64,000 nt of DNA from NCBI GenBank assembly GCA_045546695.1, contig JAZQDE010000052.1, positions 797 to 64,796 on the forward strand, in the 5' to 3' direction. Shown piece by piece: positions 58,870 to 64,000 of this stretch (positions are counted from its first letter, which is position 1; every line of letters starts with the position of its first letter). The notes beneath the pieces are model-generated. The model was not told where the DNA came from. It worked only from the letters and a program-made list of their open reading frames with translations, and made no database searches. The translations under genes were made by a program, and so were the position numbers. This stretch comes from Clostridia bacterium. Its GTDB lineage: Bacteria > Bacillota > Clostridia > UBA1212 > UBA1255.

Positions 58870-60521
58870 CTGTATAACTCCTTACTCTTAATTAGTCTGT
58901 ACAACATTTTCCTCGATACTATTGTGGCGACAGCCTCAATAATCAATGTCAGAACAATGACAAGTGCGATATTCTGTATCTTCCCAACCACGTAAAGCAC
59001 GGTGGGAATTATATATATTACTGTCAAAATAACGCACAAAACCAAAGCGATCATGCCGTTTGCATTTTGCTTTACGGCCTCTGCTTCTCTTGTCCAATAT
59101 ATTTTAGGTCTCGTAACATCGATAAAAGCACCGATGTAACTATACGAAAACAATGCAATTATACATATCACGATACCAATTATTACAGGCAAAAAGCTGA
59201 GTTTAAATAAAACTCCACCTATCGCCATCATAGTTATAACACAAACAAGATTGATAATCAAGGAGCAAGTGATTTTTGCCTTTATCTGCTCCTTGTACGA
59301 CACAGGAATAATCTGTGTAATCATGTAGTTGCCACCCTCGCGCGACACTGACGTTGATGCTACCATAGATAATGTAGACACCACCATCGTCACTGCCACA
59401 AGGATAGCTGCCACAACGTATTGGGCATTGATATTATTTTCCAGGAATTGTGTTATCATGCTGATAATATCATCGCCTTTTGTCGTCATATTATTGGTGC
59501 GAAGTCCGAGAATAATTATAAGAAGCGGCCCGATAATAACGTTCAGCACGCAATTGAGCATATATACCGGCGAGCGGAAAAGCATCCTGAATTCTTTTTT
59601 CAGAAGCGCCGTGCGTACAGATGATTTTGTATAATTTTTCTTCGTCTTATTTGCACTTGAAGCACTGTAGTAAAGCATTTCAGTTACTTTTTCATACAAT
59701 CTGCCGCCCGGATAATACATAATGACAAAAGACACAGCAAAAGTCACAAGTGAAATACCTGTGCCGATGAAAAAGTCGATGCCGCCTTTTAACATCATAT
59801 TGTACGATAAAATGTTTATCATGTACTTTCCGAGACCCTCGATTATGCCATTATTTGCCAGTAAAACGCCTGAAATGTCATCTTGTGTTACTGTTGTTCC
59901 GCCTGACGAGAAAACTGCATACAATACAAAGCATGCGACAACAAGAAGCAAACCCATAACAGTTGAGATTATTTCCTTATGCCTGAATCTTCCGGAAATT
60001 ACCATAATGCCAAACATTATAAACGTAGCGACAGTGCATGGCAGCGCCGGAAACAGGAGTGCGCCCAGCAGCATTTTCACCGTGAAAATAAGTGAAAAGC
60101 CTTCATAATATTGGTAAACGCTTGTAGCCGGAATTATTATTACCAACGCAGACAGTAGCGCGCTTACGTACATGACAACGTATGACGTCATGAAGATGTG
60201 TTCCCTTTTTATGGGAAGCGGCCTGAAGAATTCCTGCTCTTTGCCGTTGAACATCGTGTTGAAGGACGACAATATTATTGTGAAAAGTGATACAATCTGT
60301 GCAAAAAGCAGCGTAAAAGTCAGATATAATTCTTTTTCACCTGCCTGCCGGAAGCTTTTGTACATCATGCTCATCATGATTACATATGCAAAAATGAAGA
60401 GCGAAGCTATCAATAAAATAATAATGAGTCCTGCAAGACCGGCTACACTTATGCGCGCGGGTGCAGAGCCGAATTGATTCATTATTTTGAATCTTAAAAG
60501 TCGTAAAAACTTATTCACCAC
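58866..60521 (-). CDS. Putative ABC exporter permease (ABC-2 type, about 12-14 TM)
   Basis: Highly hydrophobic; LRPLPI-like EFFRPLPIK, KKEFRMLFRSP, SREG and IDVTRPKIYW motifs; coupled to the ATPase gene. Confidence 0.8.
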   Translation of the reverse strand: MVNKFLRLLRFKIMNQFGSAPARISVAGLAGLIIILLIASLFIFAYVIMMSMMYKSFRQAGEKELYLTFTLLFAQIVSLFTIILSSFNTMFNGKEQEFFRPLPIKREHIFMTSYVVMYVSALLSALVIIIPATSVYQYYEGFSLIFTVKMLLGALLFPALPCTVATFIMFGIMVISGRFRHKEIISTVMGLLLVVACFVLYAVFSSGGTTVTQDDISGVLLANNGIIEGLGKYMINILSYNMMLKGGIDFFIGTGISLVTFAVSFVIMYYPGGRLYEKVTEMLYYSASSANKTKKNYTKSSVRTALLKKEFRMLFRSPVYMLNCVLNVIIGPLLIIILGLRTNNMTTKGDDIISMITQFLENNINAQYVVAAILVAVTMVVSTLSMVASTSVSREGGNYMITQIIPVSYKEQIKAKITCSLIINLVCVITMMAIGGVLFKLSFLPVIIGIVICIIALFSYSYIGAFIDVTRPKIYWTREAEAVKQNANGMIALVLCVILTVIYIIPTVLYVVGKIQNIALVIVLTLIIEAVATIVSRKMLYRLIKSKELYR

Positions 60522-61248
60522 TGCCTCCGACTATATCAATAAACACATCCTCCAGTGTGGAATTGCCACTTTTTGCCTGCTCCTTGAGTTCATCTACCGT
60601 ACCGGTCGCCACAATAACGCCGTGCGAAATAATCGCCACTCTGTCGCATAATTTCTCAGCAACTTCCAGTACGTGTGTAGAAAAGAAGACAGTATTTCCC
60701 TGCTTGCAATGCTCGCGCATTTCTTCTTTAAGGCTATGCGCCGACATAGGGTCAAGCCCTACCATAGGCTCGTCCAAAATCCATAAATCGGGATTATGTA
60801 TGAGCGCACCGGTAAGTACGATTTTTTGTCTCATTCCATGTGAAAAGCTCTTAATTCTGTCATTCAGAGCATTTTGTATATCAAACATTGTGGAATATTT
60901 CTGTATTCTGTCTTGTCTGTCCTGAGTAGAAACGCCGTATATATCTGCTATAAATTCCAGATATTCCATTGCAGTGAGTCTTTCGTACACGTCGGGGTTA
61001 TCCGGAACGTATCCGAATTTCTTTTTATAATTTATTGGATCTTTTTGTATATCGATGCCATCTATGAGTATTTGTCCCATCGTAGGCTCGATGATACCTG
61101 CAATCATTTTTATCGTGGTACTCTTGCCTGCTCCGTTCGGCCCCAAAAAGCCGAAAATCTCGCCTTTGTTTACTTTGAGGCTGATATTGCTTACTGCTGC
61201 GACTTTGCGTTTATCATAATATTTTGTCAGATTTTTGAGTTCAAGCAT
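60511..61248 (-). CDS. ABC transporter ATP-binding protein
   Basis: GPNGAGKST, FSHGMRQK, ILDEP and STH. Confidence 0.95.
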   Translation of the reverse strand: MLELKNLTKYYDKRKVAAVSNISLKVNKGEIFGFLGPNGAGKSTTIKMIAGIIEPTMGQILIDGIDIQKDPINYKKKFGYVPDNPDVYERLTAMEYLEFIADIYGVSTQDRQDRIQKYSTMFDIQNALNDRIKSFSHGMRQKIVLTGALIHNPDLWILDEPMVGLDPMSAHSLKEEMREHCKQGNTVFFSTHVLEVAEKLCDRVAIISHGVIVATGTVDELKEQAKSGNSTLEDVFIDIVGGSGE

Positions 61249-61384
61249 AAAAGAAATCCTTTCAGAACTTTATTATTGCATTATACCATACATTTTCCTT
61301 TATATCGTCCTTCGCTGAAAATTCTTCAACCAGGGGTGGCTGTGTTGAACTGCTTGTCGAACACGTCATTTTCACTGAAAAATG

Positions 61385-61439
61385 AAAAAGCCCGACGGTA
61401 CTGGTGTAGGGTATAATAAATACGACCGAAGGGCTTTTT
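61385..61439. terminator. Terminator-like hairpin downstream of thuA
   Basis: AAAAAGCCCgaCGGT...ACCGaaGGGCTTTTT, with an unusually long 25-nt loop. Confidence 0.55.
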
Positions 61440-61465
61440 ACGCAATTTAATAAATTTTTACCGGA

Positions 61466-62176
61466 TTATTCCAGAGGCTCTGTCTGGGGTGCAACCATTC
61501 TCTCAACGCGGCTTGTAGGCTTTGCCCATCTGACAGCGTTTGTGATAACTTTCTGAACGTATTCGTGATGATACGTTGGATTTGATTCATGTCCGGGACG
61601 GAAATAGAACACCTTGCCGTGTCCTCTTCTGAAGGTCACGCCTGAGCGGAATACTTCGCCTCCTTTGAACCAACTGATGAAAACAAGCTCGTCAGGCTGT
61701 GGAATATCAAAATACTCACCGTACATTTCTTCCGGTTCGATAACAAACTGCTCCGGAATGCCTTCCGCTATGGGATGTCCGGGATTGCAGCACCATACTC
61801 TTTCTTTGTCATTGTCTCTCCATTTGAGTGTGCCTGTTGTGCCAACAAGTTTCAGGAAAGGCTTGGACATGTGTGCTGAGTGAAGCGCGATGAATCCCAT
61901 GCCGCAAAGTACGTGTCTCTGAACTCGTTCAGCCACTTCGTCCGGCACAAGGTGATGCGCCATGTGTCCCCACCATACAAGTACGTCTGTATCTTTGAGA
62001 ACTTCTTCTGTGAGACCGCACTCTGGGTCGTCTAACGTCGCTGTTTTTACGACGATATCTTCGTTTTTACCAAGAAATGCCGCTATAGCGCCGTGAATTC
62101 CGTCAGGATAGATTGATCTTACGTGTTCGCTGTTCTTTTCGTGTGTATATTCATTCCATACTGTTACTTTAATCAT
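61466..62176 (-). CDS. thuA: ThuA (trehalose utilisation) domain protein
   Basis: [39 protein letters not shown] and YFRPGHE. Confidence 0.9.
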   Translation of the reverse strand: MIKVTVWNEYTHEKNSEHVRSIYPDGIHGAIAAFLGKNEDIVVKTATLDDPECGLTEEVLKDTDVLVWWGHMAHHLVPDEVAERVQRHVLCGMGFIALHSAHMSKPFLKLVGTTGTLKWRDNDKERVWCCNPGHPIAEGIPEQFVIEPEEMYGEYFDIPQPDELVFISWFKGGEVFRSGVTFRRGHGKVFYFRPGHESNPTYHHEYVQKVITNAVRWAKPTSRVERMVAPQTEPLE

Positions 62177-62237
62177 TATGTTTGCCTCCGTTTTTTAACT
62201 AAAATAATTTTACAGCATTGCGATTCTAATTACAATA

Positions 62238-62849
62238 TTATTTTTCAACAATCAGAATCAATGTGCCGTTCTCAACGCTGATTATTGCTTTTTCACCGAT
62301 GAATTCGTTACTGACACCAATCGGAATAGAAGCATCAAGAGTGGCGTCGTCGAGAGTGTATTTGAGGCCCTTTATCGTAACGCCCCACGCCATGCCGCCA
62401 AAAGCAAAGACAGAAATAAGCCCTTTGTCGCGTGATTCAAATTCTATTTCCGTGTCTGAGATAGCTGTTATGAGCGTGGAGTCATCTTCGAGCGCGATTT
62501 TTATTTCTTTCTGTGAAAAGTATGACAGCATCTGGAGGTTACCGAGAGTGTGGTCCATGCGGCCGCCAAGCGCGCCATATACGATGATATCGTCGTATCC
62601 CCTCTTTACTGCCTCGTCAACTGCAAGCATCATATCCGGATAATCTTTCTCGCATGGGAAAACGATTGTCTGTACGTCCTCGGGCACAAATCCGAGTGAA
62701 TCAAAATCACCCATGGCAATATCAGGCAAAATATTTGCCTTTTTCAGGTGCTCATATCCTCCGTCAGCGCTGATTACAAAGCTGCCTTGCGGTATATTTA
62801 TAGTCGTTTTAGTCATATCGCCGGCACCGACAATATAGCATTTTTTCAT
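62238..62849 (-). CDS. thiN: Thiamine diphosphokinase
   Basis: SADGG, GDFDS, EKDYPD, GALGGRMDH, GLKYTL and GVSNE. Confidence 0.93.
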   Translation of the reverse strand: MKKCYIVGAGDMTKTTINIPQGSFVISADGGYEHLKKANILPDIAMGDFDSLGFVPEDVQTIVFPCEKDYPDMMLAVDEAVKRGYDDIIVYGALGGRMDHTLGNLQMLSYFSQKEIKIALEDDSTLITAISDTEIEFESRDKGLISVFAFGGMAWGVTIKGLKYTLDDATLDASIPIGVSNEFIGEKAIISVENGTLILIVEK

Positions 62850-62867
62850 AAAATCACTTCCTTAATT

Positions 62868-64000
62868 TTACATCGTAAGTTCGTAACATTCGAGTAGCTT
62901 CTCTTCTATAGAAGTCTTTTCGCTGTCGAGTTCGGAAAGCTTTACATAATCTGCCTGATTTTCTTCGAGTGTAAGTAGTTCCTCAATCTCTTCAAGGCGT
63001 TTTTCCAACACAACTATCTGCTCCGCTGCTCTCTTTCTGGCAGTTTCCATTTTGCGCTTGTCCGAAGCCGCTTTTTTTGCTTCCTCATATGCGATTTTAG
63101 CGTCTGTCACCTCGTTTTTCTGTTCTTCTTCCTGAATTTCGCCACTCATAGCCGCGTAATCTGAAATATTGATCATTCTGGTTGACAATTTCTGTATAAA
63201 ATATCTGTCGTGTGAAACGGCAATCAACGTGCCTTTGTATTCGCTCAGTGCGTTTTCCAGAGCCTCTTTTGAGCCTATATCAAGGTGGTTTGTGGGCTCA
63301 TCAAGTACGAGTACATTGTTCTTACGCAGAATCAGCTTTGCAAGTGTGAGCCTTGCCTTTTCACCGCCGGACAGCACGCTCACGCTCTTGTTTACGTCGT
63401 CACCTTTGAAAAGGAATTGTGCCAGCGCCGAGCGGACCTGAGTAAGTGTATGAGTCCTGTAATATTCTGACATTTCGTCAAGAACTGTGTTTGCCGGGTT
63501 CAGGTTCTGATTTTCCTGATCATAGTAGCCAATGCTGACGTTATATCCCCAGTAAACGCGGCCGGACGTAGGTGTCAGGCGGCCATTCAATATTTTCATA
63601 AGTGTACTCTTGCCGCTGCCGTTTTTACCGGTGATAAAAACAAATTCGCCTTTGCGTACCTGAAAATTCAGATTTTCAAATATTGTTTTTGTGTCAAAAC
63701 TTTTAGACAACTTCGACACGCTCAGAACGTCATTTCCACTCTCTCTGCCGGCATCAAAGCTCAGTCTGATGAGTTCGGGAAGCGCGTTCGGGGCATCAAT
63801 TTTTTCCATCCTGTCCAGATACTTCTGGCGGCTTTCCGCTGCAACAATGTTGTGCTCCCTGTTCCATTTGTGCTGGAGCGTAATAAAATCCTCTATGCGT
63901 TTTATTTCCTTTTGCTGGTTTTCGTAATGATGCTGCTGAATCTCGCGGTCTTTAGCCTTTTGTGTGACATACGACGAATAATTTCCATTATATAGCTTGC
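62868..64000 (-). CDS. ABC-F family ATPase; 5' part lies outside the window
   Basis: The frame is open to the window edge (LYNGNYSSY..linker). Second NBD GKNGSGKST, LSGGEKAR, LDEPTNHLD and SHDRYF; C-terminal coiled coil. Confidence 0.92.
   Translation of the reverse strand, partial: KLYNGNYSSYVTQKAKDREIQQHHYENQQKEIKRIEDFITLQHKWNREHNIVAAESRQKYLDRMEKIDAPNALPELIRLSFDAGRESGNDVLSVSKLSKSFDTKTIFENLNFQVRKGEFVFITGKNGSGKSTLMKILNGRLTPTSGRVYWGYNVSIGYYDQENQNLNPANTVLDEMSEYYRTHTLTQVRSALAQFLFKGDDVNKSVSVLSGGEKARLTLAKLILRKNNVLVLDEPTNHLDIGSKEALENALSEYKGTLIAVSHDRYFIQKLSTRMINISDYAAMSGEIQEEEQKNEVTDAKIAYEEAKKAASDKRKMETARKRAAEQIVVLEKRLEEIEELLTLEENQADYVKLSELDSEKTSIEEKLLECYELTM

Noticed and set aside
61327-61434. TPP riboswitch call (antisense to thuA/thiN)
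   Set aside because: Only a loose resemblance: it lacks the invariant UGAGA, the ACCUGAU P4 and a proper P5 stem, and there is no plus-strand gene downstream. Kept only as an unassigned structure.

Overview
A 64 kb chromosomal window from a low-GC Gram-positive anaerobe. Class Clostridia is inferred from sigma-A promoters, addA, ECF S components, DUF6062 and a GlpA/DUF1667-type glp cluster. Most of it is housekeeping: a 5'-truncated lacZ, hup, a GlpP-regulated glycerol-3-phosphate cluster, ribU under an FMN riboswitch, pyrC-K-D-F-E-B-I, infC-rpmI-rplT with an L20 leader, secA, prfB with its +1 frameshift, rluB, addA, galM, gap, ilvBN, an LTA synthase, an aconitase-type hydratase, thiN and a truncated ABC-F gene. 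Interspersed are glycan-related and surface genes: GH127, GH99-like, GH123-like, and CBM32, LamG and EEP lipoproteins on Pro/Thr stalks. No tRNA, rRNA, CRISPR array, transposase or integrase was recognised. Three observations stand out. (1) A 1.7 kb self-contained, transposase-free cassette carries a beta-helix gene and is bounded by 10-bp terminal inverted repeats sitting directly inside a 24-bp direct repeat (11516-13279). (2) A folate ECF S component is fused in frame to FolC (45036-46898). (3) A secreted glycosidase-like protein ends in a Cys-containing GCGS-TM-basic C-terminal sorting signal instead of LPxTG. All family assignments come from motif recognition by eye; no database searches were run.
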